From a virus (taxonomy: Duplodnaviria > Caudoviricetes): a DNA stretch of 28,546 bases. The stretch spans positions 1-28,546 of IMG/VR virus record IMGVR_UViG_3300009156_000281. One strand, written 5' to 3'. The translations under genes were made by a program, and so were the position numbers. Under the pieces are notes generated by a model that saw only the letters and a program-made list of their open reading frames with translations, was not told the DNA's origin and made no database searches. Shown one piece after another: positions 8,857 through 17,609 of the stretch (positions are counted from its first letter, which is position 1; each line of letters starts with the position of its first letter).

Positions 8857-9510
8857 ATGGCGATCCTGGCAGCCACGATCCTACAAGGTGCAAAACCTCT
8901 CCTGAATGATCCTCAGGGGATAATGTATCCGGATACTGCACTCCTCCCGCTCTTGAGTAAGGCATACCGGGAACTCCAGACCCGCTTGTCTCGCTCGGGC
9001 ATGGGAGTCACGAAAGAGGTAGCAGAGAGGGTGCCCGTGAATGCTGGGGTCGTCGCTCTCGGGGATGGCTCAGGTTTACCTCTGGGCCTTCTCTATCCGA
9101 TTGAAATTCGGGAAGGCGCGAGAGGTGCGCCCCAGAGGGATTTCCGGTATCTTGAGGAGAGGAATTGGGAACCTACATCTCACCCGACCACAGAGCTTCA
9201 GTGCTGGGCATGGCGGGAGGAGGAGATTAAACTACTACCAGCCCTCACGGATCGAGACCTCTACATCAAGTTCATGAAGGGCTTGACTCCGATAACCGAC
9301 GTCAACTCCAACATCCAAATCCTCAATTCGGAACTGTTTCTGGAAGCCAGGACCGCAGCAATCGCAGCTGCCCTCCTGGGAGAGAACTACTCACGCGCTC
9401 AGAACCTCAATGCGGACGCTGAACAGTGGTATGACGTCCTCATTGGTGGTCTCGTGAAGCGTGGTCAGAGAATGCCTGTAAGACGAGGAAGAACGCGATA
9501 CCGCGCCTAG
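8857..9510 (+). CDS. Head-tail adaptor (tail tubular protein A / P22 gp4 position)
   Basis: 217 aa with a typical adaptor layout: N-terminal helices (I...A..LLND...Y.D..L..LL..AY.EL), beta-rich middle with I.L.P, and C-terminal helices. Confidence 0.65.
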   Translation: MAILAATILQGAKPLLNDPQGIMYPDTALLPLLSKAYRELQTRLSRSGMGVTKEVAERVPVNAGVVALGDGSGLPLGLLYPIEIREGARGAPQRDFRYLEERNWEPTSHPTTELQCWAWREEEIKLLPALTDRDLYIKFMKGLTPITDVNSNIQILNSELFLEARTAAIAAALLGENYSRAQNLNADAEQWYDVLIGGLVKRGQRMPVRRGRTRYRA

Positions 9511-9547
9511 GAATCTCCAGCCTAGGGTCCGACGGTCAGGAGGAAAA

Positions 9548-9862
9548 ATGCCTATTGCTTTTGCACAGACGATGCGTCTCCCGGAGTTCCGCACGATTCG
9601 AGTAATCGGAACTCTCACATTCTCCGGCTCCTACGTGGTGAACGGAGAGGTTCCGACCGGACTCCTGAAGCCCGGAACTACCAAAGCGCCTCTCTGGGCG
9701 ACGTTCTACAGCAAGGGAACTCACACATTCAAGTTCGATGCAGCGACCGGAAAGGTTCTGGCCTACGCTCCCGGTGGCACCGAACTCACGGCTGCTGCTT
9801 ACCCGGCAGGTGTGACGACGGACGTGGTGACCATGGAAGTCGAGTATCCGAAGTTCGGATAA
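9548..9862 (+). CDS. Small beta-rich structural protein (decoration or tail, putative)
   Basis: 104 aa, strong SD AGGAGG, codon usage like the capsid gene, Gly/Thr-rich. Confidence 0.6.
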   Translation: MPIAFAQTMRLPEFRTIRVIGTLTFSGSYVVNGEVPTGLLKPGTTKAPLWATFYSKGTHTFKFDAATGKVLAYAPGGTELTAAAYPAGVTTDVVTMEVEYPKFG

Positions 9863-11727
9863 TGTCCCTCCGCGACCACGAGCCGATTTCGTTTTCGCAG
9901 TTCCGCGGCACTTTTGACCGGGGGGAGGACGAGTCTGTCCCCCCGGGTTTTTTCAAGGGGTCGAGGAACATACAGTTCATCAATCAGGGGATTAAGACGA
10001 GGGATGGCTCTGCAATCGATACGGCGGAGACTGGGCCTATCCGACGCATTGCGATTTACAAAAGGATAGGAGAGGTCGCGCGCCTCCTTATTCTCAACAA
10101 CGCTGGCGTCCTTTTCGACTCAATAACGCACGTCGCAATACTTACCATCCCGGCCATGTCTGACTTTAGCATGGTCTCGATGTTCAACCGAGCTTACATC
10201 ACTCCGCACAACGGCCTCCGAGGTCTCCCGGGAGAGAAACTTTATGTCTATGAGGGATCAGGAGTGGCACGAGCGGCGGGCGGAACAGCTCCGCCTCCAA
10301 CGGGAATGGCAGCAGCAGAGGGAGTTGCGGGGAACTTCGACCCGGGAATTCATCTTTTCGCAGTTGCGTTTGAGACTGCATCAGGATACATTACACCTTT
10401 CGGCTCCTCCTGTGCTCTCTCCTCCACGACCGGAGGAAAGAAGGTAGACCTTTCCGCCATCCCGACTGGGCCTCTAGGAACTGTTGCGCGTGTTTTGATG
10501 GGAACGAAGGATGTAGCAATCAATGGGGTCTTCTCCGGGGACTTTAACAACCAGACTTGGTATGTAATCCCGGACGGGAGAATCCCGGACAATTCTACAA
10601 CCTCCAAGAGTGTAAGCTATTTCGACGCTGACTTGCAGTCAGACATTTCCTACCTCTCAGAGCAGATGGGGTCTATCCCTGCTGGAGTAGGAGTCAACAT
10701 CTATCGGGGCCGCTTAATTATTTGGGGTGAAGATGTCAACGAATCAATCGTTAGAGCTTCCGCCATTGGACAGCCGGAGTCCTTTGACGAGGCCGATGGC
10801 TTCGTTACCATCAATCCCGGCGATAGTGGCGGTGGTGTCCGATTCTGCTTCGAGTATCGAACTCAGCTTATTTGTTGCAAATCTCAGCGATCCTACATTA
10901 CGCAGGATAATGGAGATAATGCAGGAAGCTGGAAAGTTGACGCTCTCGATAAAAGTGTCGGGACCGAATGTCACGGAGTTGGAAAAATTCTCGACTTTGG
11001 CGAGGACGTTCGAGACCGCGCCTTCGTCGCAGATAGGAGTGGGCTTCAGCTTTATACTGGAACTTTCTCCGACACTGAGGTCACCAGCAACATCTCCGAC
11101 GTCTGGGACCGAATAAACAAGGCGGTTTTCCACAAGGTCGAGGTCGCGGTTGACCCTCTCAAGGGCCTCACTTACGTTGCTTGCCCTCTGGATGTAGCGA
11201 CGGAGAACAACGCCATCATCGTCGTGGATTGGTCAGAAGGTTTGACCGTCGAGGATATTCGGTTCACCATTTGGGAGTTCCCGTATCGACCGCAGACCGT
11301 CGTTGTAGACGTGAACGAGGCGGATAAAGAGTCGGTCATGAAGTTCGCTGGCCTCGACTCTATCAACGTATTCAAGATAGTGGAGAATCTGAAGCTCGAC
11401 AACAACCTCGCTATTGATACATGGGTGGAGTTCCCTCTCCTCCCCCAGGACGACGATTGGCCGGTAAATCACTTCACCGGATTTCGCGCGCGAATTAAGG
11501 GGGTTGGCTACCTCCTAATAAATCTCACGAGCCTTGACGACGCACAGCAGGTTGTAGTGCCTCCTGTAACTCTGAATCCTCAGCCCGGACGCCCGCTTTT
11601 CCGGGGTTTCAACTTTACCTCTGAGCGGTGTTCGGTGAAGCTAAGGACGAACCAGAGCGGCAACTACTTTATGATGACGAACTTCAACTTGTATTACAAG
11701 CTCCTCTGGTCGACCCGAGCTGAGTAA
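9862..11727 (+). CDS. Tail hub/nozzle (tail tubular protein B / P22 gp10-like stabilisation protein)
   Basis: 621 aa, beta-rich. Hallmarks of podovirus gp10/gp12-like proteins: N-terminal F.G.......PPG.....NI....G..TR.G, YRGRLIIWG and S..G.PESFD. Confidence 0.7.
   Translation: MSLRDHEPISFSQFRGTFDRGEDESVPPGFFKGSRNIQFINQGIKTRDGSAIDTAETGPIRRIAIYKRIGEVARLLILNNAGVLFDSITHVAILTIPAMSDFSMVSMFNRAYITPHNGLRGLPGEKLYVYEGSGVARAAGGTAPPPTGMAAAEGVAGNFDPGIHLFAVAFETASGYITPFGSSCALSSTTGGKKVDLSAIPTGPLGTVARVLMGTKDVAINGVFSGDFNNQTWYVIPDGRIPDNSTTSKSVSYFDADLQSDISYLSEQMGSIPAGVGVNIYRGRLIIWGEDVNESIVRASAIGQPESFDEADGFVTINPGDSGGGVRFCFEYRTQLICCKSQRSYITQDNGDNAGSWKVDALDKSVGTECHGVGKILDFGEDVRDRAFVADRSGLQLYTGTFSDTEVTSNISDVWDRINKAVFHKVEVAVDPLKGLTYVACPLDVATENNAIIVVDWSEGLTVEDIRFTIWEFPYRPQTVVVDVNEADKESVMKFAGLDSINVFKIVENLKLDNNLAIDTWVEFPLLPQDDDWPVNHFTGFRARIKGVGYLLINLTSLDDAQQVVVPPVTLNPQPGRPLFRGFNFTSERCSVKLRTNQSGNYFMMTNFNLYYKLLWSTRAE
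9918..9953 (+). terminator. Intragenic intrinsic-terminator-like hairpin
   Basis: ccgggg..ggac-gagtct-gtccccccgg stem followed by gtttttt, about 55 nt after the stop of 9548..9862. Confidence 0.4.
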
Positions 11728-13184
11728 TGACCGAGATTGATACCCAACAGCTTCTCGGAGACATTGAGTCAGAGCTCCGTAAGCAGCACATCGATGTTCA
11801 AGGGCTGATCCAGGGAATCCAGCTTGAGAACCCGAGGTTATACCAAATCCTGATGGAGTTGAACGGCGGCCTTCTCACGATGCAAGAGGAGATCTTCCCT
11901 CTTATCATCAAGGATAGGCTTCCGACTACCATCGGTGAGATCCTCCTTCAGCCAGCTTCGTTCACCTTTGCATTCCAGCCGACCTCTGTCCGGTTCTTCT
12001 GGAGCCAAGTTGAGCACGCATTTGGTTATGAAATTCGAGAAGGCTTACTCTGGGATACTGCGACTTTTCGAGTTCGCACTGCTTCTTTGCAGGTGGATCT
12101 GGATGCTCTTTTATCTGGCTCTTATTACTTTCTCATCAAGACGATAAACACGGCGGGGGAATACTCGGTAGATACACGCTCGGTCCTCGTCGATGTTCCG
12201 GCGATCTCCGCAGTTACTCTTGCGCGCGAAGTTATCGATAACAACGTCCTCCTGAGATGGACTCTCCCATCTTCAACTTTTCGGATTCTCTACTATGAGA
12301 TTGCTAAGGCAGGAGTCGTAATTGGGCAAGTAGATTCCACCTTCTTTTCCACTTTCGAGAACGTAGCGGGCACGTATGTCTATTCGGTCCTTGGCGTCGA
12401 TGTGGCTGGTAATCGAGGGGCACCTGCGGATATTACCGTTCAGGTTGCCTCCCCTCCGGACTACGCGCTTCAAGATAAGAGGACTTCCCAACTCCTTGGG
12501 TCTCGTGTTGACATAATTCGGCAACCCCTCATTCCCTCCCTCCTTGGTCCCTGGTTCCCAACGACGTGGGAGGAGCACTTCGTAAATAATAACTGGGACC
12601 AGATCTCGGACCAGCTAGAGGCTGACTACACGATCTACATTCAGCCTACAGACCTGAACGGAACTTACGATGAGTATATAGACTATGGAACGGTGATTTC
12701 CAATGTCATCGTCACTATAGCCTTCAATTTCAACCTCATCGTCCAGGATGTTGCTGTAATTATTGAAATGTCCTCATCCTTGGACAATGCAGCATGGACT
12801 CCGGTGGTGACTGGGTCGAGCCAGTATTTCCCTTCTCTCCGACATCTGTTCCTTAGGTTGAAGTGGAATGCGCTGGATGATAGAAGCCTCCTGGAACTCT
12901 GGCATCTTACCATCTCAATTTCAGTAAAGAGGGAGAACGATGGTGGTGAGGTTTACGCAACTTACAATGCTGTTAATGATCCAGGGACCTACGTCGCGTT
13001 TACTAAGCCTTTCAAAGACGTGGAATCCATCACTTGCACCACAAAATCTGTTACAGAGCCTTACTATGCAATCTTTGACTTCGCGGATGTTCCGAATCCT
13101 CTTGGATTCTCCGTCTACGTCTTCGACTCCTCGGGAAATCGAGTGAAGCGGACGGTAGACTGGAAAGCTCGGGGAATCGTCTAA
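11727..13184 (+). CDS. Tail protein with fibronectin type III-like domains
   Basis: FN3-like patterns (VRFFWS....GYEIR...YYFLIKTINTAGEYS; VLLRW.....YYEI...YVYSVLGVDVAGNRG) and a C-terminal F.KPF...GF.V......VDW.A.G motif common at the ends of tail proteins. Confidence 0.7.
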   Translation: MTEIDTQQLLGDIESELRKQHIDVQGLIQGIQLENPRLYQILMELNGGLLTMQEEIFPLIIKDRLPTTIGEILLQPASFTFAFQPTSVRFFWSQVEHAFGYEIREGLLWDTATFRVRTASLQVDLDALLSGSYYFLIKTINTAGEYSVDTRSVLVDVPAISAVTLAREVIDNNVLLRWTLPSSTFRILYYEIAKAGVVIGQVDSTFFSTFENVAGTYVYSVLGVDVAGNRGAPADITVQVASPPDYALQDKRTSQLLGSRVDIIRQPLIPSLLGPWFPTTWEEHFVNNNWDQISDQLEADYTIYIQPTDLNGTYDEYIDYGTVISNVIVTIAFNFNLIVQDVAVIIEMSSSLDNAAWTPVVTGSSQYFPSLRHLFLRLKWNALDDRSLLELWHLTISISVKRENDGGEVYATYNAVNDPGTYVAFTKPFKDVESITCTTKSVTEPYYAIFDFADVPNPLGFSVYVFDSSGNRVKRTVDWKARGIV

Positions 13185-14341
13185 TGTGGCAACGATACAA
13201 TCAGGGGAGCCATATCTTCGAGAAGTCCCTCGACAACGGAGCCTCATGGGTTCCGATGCCGATAAATGCGTCCAGCTTAGAAGGGACTGTTCCTCCTTCT
13301 GTTCTAGGTGGAGCACTTGCGTATACGGATCGGATTAACACCGGGCATCTTACATCTGTTGGGACCATCCGTTCTCAAGGTGATCGTGGTGCTCCTCCAG
13401 CATCCGGTGGTGGTATCGAGCTGTTCTACCAGGGTGGGATTGGATACGTCCATGTCTATGACACGGCTGGTTCATATCCTCCGATGACCTTGTATGCCGG
13501 TAGCGTGTCATATGCGACGCCAGGAGGCGCATTCAAAACAGAAGGTAATGTGTATGTCGGGAGTGACACGAACAAAGGCAATCTCTACACGACGTGGCCT
13601 ATCTATCCTGGTCGCAATGACACAGGCTGGACAGCACAGAGTTCATGGTATCTTGGTTCTCATAGCTCTTATGGTCTGTTTTCGAATACAGGTCTTTATC
13701 TTTCAGGAAGTCTCTGGGTAGTTGGTGGGACGTCGTGTGCGGCCATCTCCTGCGCATCCATTAACACAAACGGCTATGGGGTCACGACTGGAAACCTCAG
13801 TATAACCGGCAATACATTTTTCGCGTGTAATATCTGGCATTACAGTGCTGAGAACTGGCAGCGTCTCCATTTCACATGGGGTGGAGCTACCTACCTGAAA
13901 GGTCCTGAGATTCGCTTTCGGAATAACTCAGACTCTGATATTGCTATTTTCTCTGATAATGGGGACTTAGCTGTCTCTGGGTCGATTGGATGCACCGGCA
14001 ACGTTTGGAGGAGTAATATCCATGTTGCTGGCTACGTATATCCTGGTAGAATGACTGAAGGTGGCGGGGCACAAGTTAGTTGGTTTATCGCTGGACATTC
14101 CTCGTATGGCCTCTATATCAATACCGGCTTGTATATGGCGGGAGGCATCTGGTGTCCTGTTCTCTATATGGGTGGCGACATATACATTTACCAACTGCAC
14201 ACTGGATATACCGGGAAGTGGGTGGGTAACTGTGACAACGGTAACTTCCCTGGGTCTTCAGGTAATGCCTCGACCAATTCTGGGTTTGTGCAAATGCGGC
14301 ATCCTAATGGCACCCCTATCTATATTCCGTATTGGTATTAA
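13184..14341 (+). CDS. Tail fibre / receptor-binding protein with internal duplication
   Basis: Gly/Ser/Tyr/Trp-rich; two ~40-aa repeats YPGR...Q.SW....HSSYGL..NTGLY..G.[LI]W; C-terminal NG...YIPY. Confidence 0.7.
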   Translation: MWQRYNQGSHIFEKSLDNGASWVPMPINASSLEGTVPPSVLGGALAYTDRINTGHLTSVGTIRSQGDRGAPPASGGGIELFYQGGIGYVHVYDTAGSYPPMTLYAGSVSYATPGGAFKTEGNVYVGSDTNKGNLYTTWPIYPGRNDTGWTAQSSWYLGSHSSYGLFSNTGLYLSGSLWVVGGTSCAAISCASINTNGYGVTTGNLSITGNTFFACNIWHYSAENWQRLHFTWGGATYLKGPEIRFRNNSDSDIAIFSDNGDLAVSGSIGCTGNVWRSNIHVAGYVYPGRMTEGGGAQVSWFIAGHSSYGLYINTGLYMAGGIWCPVLYMGGDIYIYQLHTGYTGKWVGNCDNGNFPGSSGNASTNSGFVQMRHPNGTPIYIPYWY

Positions 14342-14350
14342 GGAGGGAAG

Positions 14351-14704
14351 ATGGAAGAACTTGTCCTGACCGACCCCGTAGTGAAACCTGAGGAAGTCAA
14401 GAGCAACTTCAAGATTATTTCACTAACGCTGGACCATGAAGCGATAGCTCACACTGGGCCTCCTCCTGCAACCGTCGAGGCGGGCCTTGTGTCAATCCGA
14501 CTGAAGGACAATCTCGGTGCGTATTACAATCATCAGTATACAGGCAAAACCGCAACAGACTTTATCAAATACATTAACACCGCAAACTTCACGACGAATT
14601 CTTTGCACAAACGGATTCTTCAGCGACTGTCAGCTGATGGAATCCTGCCCGGGACCGTAACTGGAACGCCTGATCCTCCTGCAGGAGTCTTTGATGCCGA
14701 ATGA
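14351..14704 (+). CDS. Hypothetical protein (possible fibre chaperone or accessory)
   Basis: 117 aa, SD AGGAGG, directly after the fibre gene. Confidence 0.65.
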   Translation: MEELVLTDPVVKPEEVKSNFKIISLTLDHEAIAHTGPPPATVEAGLVSIRLKDNLGAYYNHQYTGKTATDFIKYINTANFTTNSLHKRILQRLSADGILPGTVTGTPDPPAGVFDAE

Positions 14705-14894
14705 ACCGAAAGAGCTACCACGTCAGGAAATCACTCTCGATGAGCTTTATCAGGTCGTGGGTGAGCTAGAGATCGTTCGCCGGAAGTTTTCTCAGCAACT
14801 TCAACAGCTCTATACCCAGGTCGACGAGATGGCGAAAGAGATTGCGAACCTGAGGAACAAAGATGGCGGACTGGCTAAAGCCGACAATCACTAG
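14694..14894 (+). CDS. Short coiled-coil protein
   Basis: AGGAG 6 nt before ATG 14694; heptad pattern LYQVVGELEIVRRKFSQQLQQLYTQVDEMAKEIANL. Confidence 0.6.
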   Translation: MPNEPKELPRQEITLDELYQVVGELEIVRRKFSQQLQQLYTQVDEMAKEIANLRNKDGGLAKADNH

Positions 14895-15492
14895 CAATTA
14901 CGTTACCTTCGTCGACGAGGTGAAGGAACGTGATTTCGACGCTATCTCTCTGCAATACAACGCGCTCGTAAACCCCCCGAACGCCTCGGTGAAGCTCGTC
15001 CGCTCTCCTGTCAAGTTCCAGCAGTGGATGACGGGAGCGTGGAACGAGCTGACCCTCTCCGTCGAGGGAGGAGGAACTGGAGCGAATAGCATCGCTGGTA
15101 TTCGGACGGTTATTGGCCTCGGATCAATGGCCTACCAGAACTCCAATGCTATTGCAGTTACGGGTGGGACGATCCAGAACATTACGTCTGGAGGAAGCTA
15201 CTTCAACCATCAGGGTGGGACAATAACGATTCTCCAGCCCACTATAGCAGGTCACGCGCTCACGATAAATGCGCCTGCTAACGGATACCAGGGGATACTC
15301 ATTGCGGGTTCGGCTGGTCCTATCTCGCATGGAATGCACATTGCGGCGGGTGCGAACCACAACGATTTCCCACTTCGGATCTTGAACTACAATTCCGCGG
15401 TAGAGCTTTTCAGAATCACAGGTGGAGGCTCTGTTTGGATTCCAAATACCCTTGCTATCCCCGTTGGTGCAGATAGATGGGTTCCCTGGTAA
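14863..15492 (+). CDS. Tail fibre-like protein
   Basis: Contains the common fibre motif GGTGA....IR..IGLGSMAYQNSNAIAVTGGTI and an ELFRITGGGSV-type beta repeat. Confidence 0.7.
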   Translation: MADWLKPTITSNYVTFVDEVKERDFDAISLQYNALVNPPNASVKLVRSPVKFQQWMTGAWNELTLSVEGGGTGANSIAGIRTVIGLGSMAYQNSNAIAVTGGTIQNITSGGSYFNHQGGTITILQPTIAGHALTINAPANGYQGILIAGSAGPISHGMHIAAGANHNDFPLRILNYNSAVELFRITGGGSVWIPNTLAIPVGADRWVPW

Positions 15493-16413
15493 ATGGCTAA
15501 GCGTCCCGGCTCCCTTTGGGTCGAAGGGAATAGCCTCAATTACGTAGACGCATATGGTAGGGAGTGGTCCTGCGCTGGTGCCCTCATAAAGAACATAGGA
15601 TGGAGCAGACCTGGCTCTCTATGGGTTGAAGGATACTATATCTTCTACGTCGCGGAATCAGGCACTCAGGTTTTCCGGGTGCAGGCAACCTTCACTGGAG
15701 AATATCACGGGAGAACTGGCTCTCTTTGGGTCGAGGATTGGACGCTTCGGCACATTGGCGGAGGCGAAGCTGCTGAATTCTACGTGCATGATAATCTTGC
15801 TCACCAGAATGTAACGCACGTAGATACCGGAATCGCAACTCACACCAATACGCATACGAACATTGGACATCAGAACATCGCACACGTCAACTGGCACTCG
15901 AACGTAGCACACGTCAATTATCATACCAGTTATGAGCACGCCAATTATCATGGGAATGTGCATACAAACGTCCCGCATGATGATGATCACTTTGATTTGG
16001 CACATGGGAATACGCACTCAAACATTAATCCTTATGGTTATCATCACGCAGATTGCACTCGGTATGATAGAAATACTGTAATCGATCATAAGGACCATAT
16101 CGACGCGCCTTACCCGTATCCGCAACACAACGATGGTTACTACTTCAAGGATCATTGCGACTGGCATGACGACCTCCAACATGCAAACACGCATATAAAT
16201 TCGCCGGGCCAAGCTGCACACACGAACTATCACGGGAACACGGAGCACGTTGATTACTGGACCCAAACAGCGCACTCAAACGCGCATGGGAATACGCATA
16301 CGAACGTCGCGCACACAGACGTTCCTCATGCGAATCATAACGACACGATTCACCAGAATGTGGCCCATGCAAACGTCACCCATCAGGATCAGCCTGTTCT
16401 CATAGGATACTAA
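15493..16413 (+). CDS. His-x-Asn/Asp repeat protein (putative radical SAM substrate, tail-associated)
   Basis: N-terminal ~98 aa hold three R[PT]GSLWVE repeats. Residues 99-299 hold 36 HxN/HxD tripeptides plus one HxS. Confidence 0.85.
   Translation: MAKRPGSLWVEGNSLNYVDAYGREWSCAGALIKNIGWSRPGSLWVEGYYIFYVAESGTQVFRVQATFTGEYHGRTGSLWVEDWTLRHIGGGEAAEFYVHDNLAHQNVTHVDTGIATHTNTHTNIGHQNIAHVNWHSNVAHVNYHTSYEHANYHGNVHTNVPHDDDHFDLAHGNTHSNINPYGYHHADCTRYDRNTVIDHKDHIDAPYPYPQHNDGYYFKDHCDWHDDLQHANTHINSPGQAAHTNYHGNTEHVDYWTQTAHSNAHGNTHTNVAHTDVPHANHNDTIHQNVAHANVTHQDQPVLIGY
15502..15738 (+). repeat. Three 35-aa (105-nt) period repeats with an R[PT]GSLWVE core
   Basis: Cores start at 15502, 15607 and 15712. Confidence 0.85.
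15787..16389 (+). repeat. H-x-[N/D] tripeptide array, His spacing mostly 4 or 5 residues
   Basis: Counted from the translation: 36 of 38 His in this stretch have N or D at +2. Confidence 0.95.
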
Positions 16414-17609
16414 TGACTATCGAATACCTCCCCGTTGGTATCGCTTGCAACATCGCTTGCAAATACTGCTATCAGGAAACGCAAAGAGATGCAGGCAATA
16501 TCAACGTGCCTCGGGATTGGGACCGGGTGCGCTTCCAGCTCGACCGTCTGAACCATGACTTCGCGGTCTTTGGTGGAGAGCCTCTCCTCGCTCCTATGGC
16601 CCATCTGGAGGAGGTTTTCAAATACGGCTTCGAGAAATACAAGAAGAACGGAATCCAAACCAACGGATCTCTTATCACCGACGAACACATCGAGATGTTT
16701 GCGAAATATGCGGTCCATGTGGGTATCTCGATAGATGGACCCGGTGAGTTGAATAGTGTTCGCTGCACGAACGATTTGACAGAGAAAACAGAGAGCGCGA
16801 TCAGGAAGCTATGTGATCGGGGAATCCCTCCCTCCCTCATTATGACGATCCACCGGGGGAACAATGATATTCCTGCTCTCACTCGCTGGCTTGATGATCT
16901 TGCTACTATCGGCTTACGCTACCTTAACTTCCACGAAATGGAGCAAGAGTGCGGACAAACAGAACCCGCCCTCTCCGAAGCCGAAACCATAAGGAACTTC
17001 CTCCAGCTTTACGAGTGGTCGAAGGGAACGAAGTTCTGGATTAACCCATTCGTCGATATTCGCTCTCTACTCACAGAGATGGAGCCTCACGCTAACTGCG
17101 TCTGGCACGCCTGTGACCCTCAGACTACCGAAGCCGTTCAAGGAATCAATCCCGATGGATCAATGTCAAATTGTGGTCGAGCTTATAAGGACGGCGTCAA
17201 CTGGCTCAAGGCTGATACCCCCGGATTCGAACGATATGTTGCGCTTTATCACACTCCTCAAGAACACGGCGGATGCGCAGGATGTAAGTATTTTGCTTTC
17301 TGTAAAGGTCAGTGTCCGGGCACTTCGATCGGAGGAGATTGGAGAAACCGCTCCCTAGAGTGTCGACTCTGGTATTCTCTTTTCGATGCTATTGCGTCGG
17401 ACAATCAAGACAAACTTCTGCCTCCTGAGGTAGTGGATAAGAAGGTCGAAGAACTTCTTGGTCGCTGGGTTTCTCCACAGAATACCGAGCATGGAGACAA
17501 GCATGGGGATTCCCCTCACGGGGACCAACATGGCGACCACACGGACTACGGACCTGGAGTCGAAGCTGTATTCTTAGACGAGAAACCAGAATGGTTACTG
17601 ACAAACTAG
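16413..17609 (+). CDS. Radical SAM enzyme with SPASM domain (anSME / peptide maturase-like)
   Basis: CNIACKYC (CxxxCxxC), GGEPLL, IQTNG, ISIDGP; SPASM cysteines C....C...GINPDG...NC and CAGCKYFAFCKGQC...C; HGD-repeat tail. Confidence 0.93.
   Translation: MTIEYLPVGIACNIACKYCYQETQRDAGNINVPRDWDRVRFQLDRLNHDFAVFGGEPLLAPMAHLEEVFKYGFEKYKKNGIQTNGSLITDEHIEMFAKYAVHVGISIDGPGELNSVRCTNDLTEKTESAIRKLCDRGIPPSLIMTIHRGNNDIPALTRWLDDLATIGLRYLNFHEMEQECGQTEPALSEAETIRNFLQLYEWSKGTKFWINPFVDIRSLLTEMEPHANCVWHACDPQTTEAVQGINPDGSMSNCGRAYKDGVNWLKADTPGFERYVALYHTPQEHGGCAGCKYFAFCKGQCPGTSIGGDWRNRSLECRLWYSLFDAIASDNQDKLLPPEVVDKKVEELLGRWVSPQNTEHGDKHGDSPHGDQHGDHTDYGPGVEAVFLDEKPEWLLTN

Noticed and set aside
9945-9951. In-frame G GGT TTT slippery heptamer (-1 frameshift)
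   Set aside because: The -1 frame stops within about 15 codons and the hairpin is upstream, not downstream, of the site. It is better explained as a terminator U-tract.
13601-14152. Fibre repeats as a DGR template/variable repeat pair
   Set aside because: Differences are mostly synonymous and not adenine-specific, both copies are in-frame coding, and no reverse transcriptase is in the window.
15787-16389. His array as a DNA tandem repeat or CRISPR-like array
   Set aside because: Periodicity is only at protein level. Codons vary, and there are no identical direct repeats with spacers.
16413-17609. Radical SAM as QueE (7-deazaguanine DNA modification), NrdG or a true sulfatase maturase
   Set aside because: It has a full SPASM domain and an HxD tail, and no queC/queD/folE/dpdA, nrdD or sulfatase gene is nearby. 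The context points to the adjacent repeat protein.
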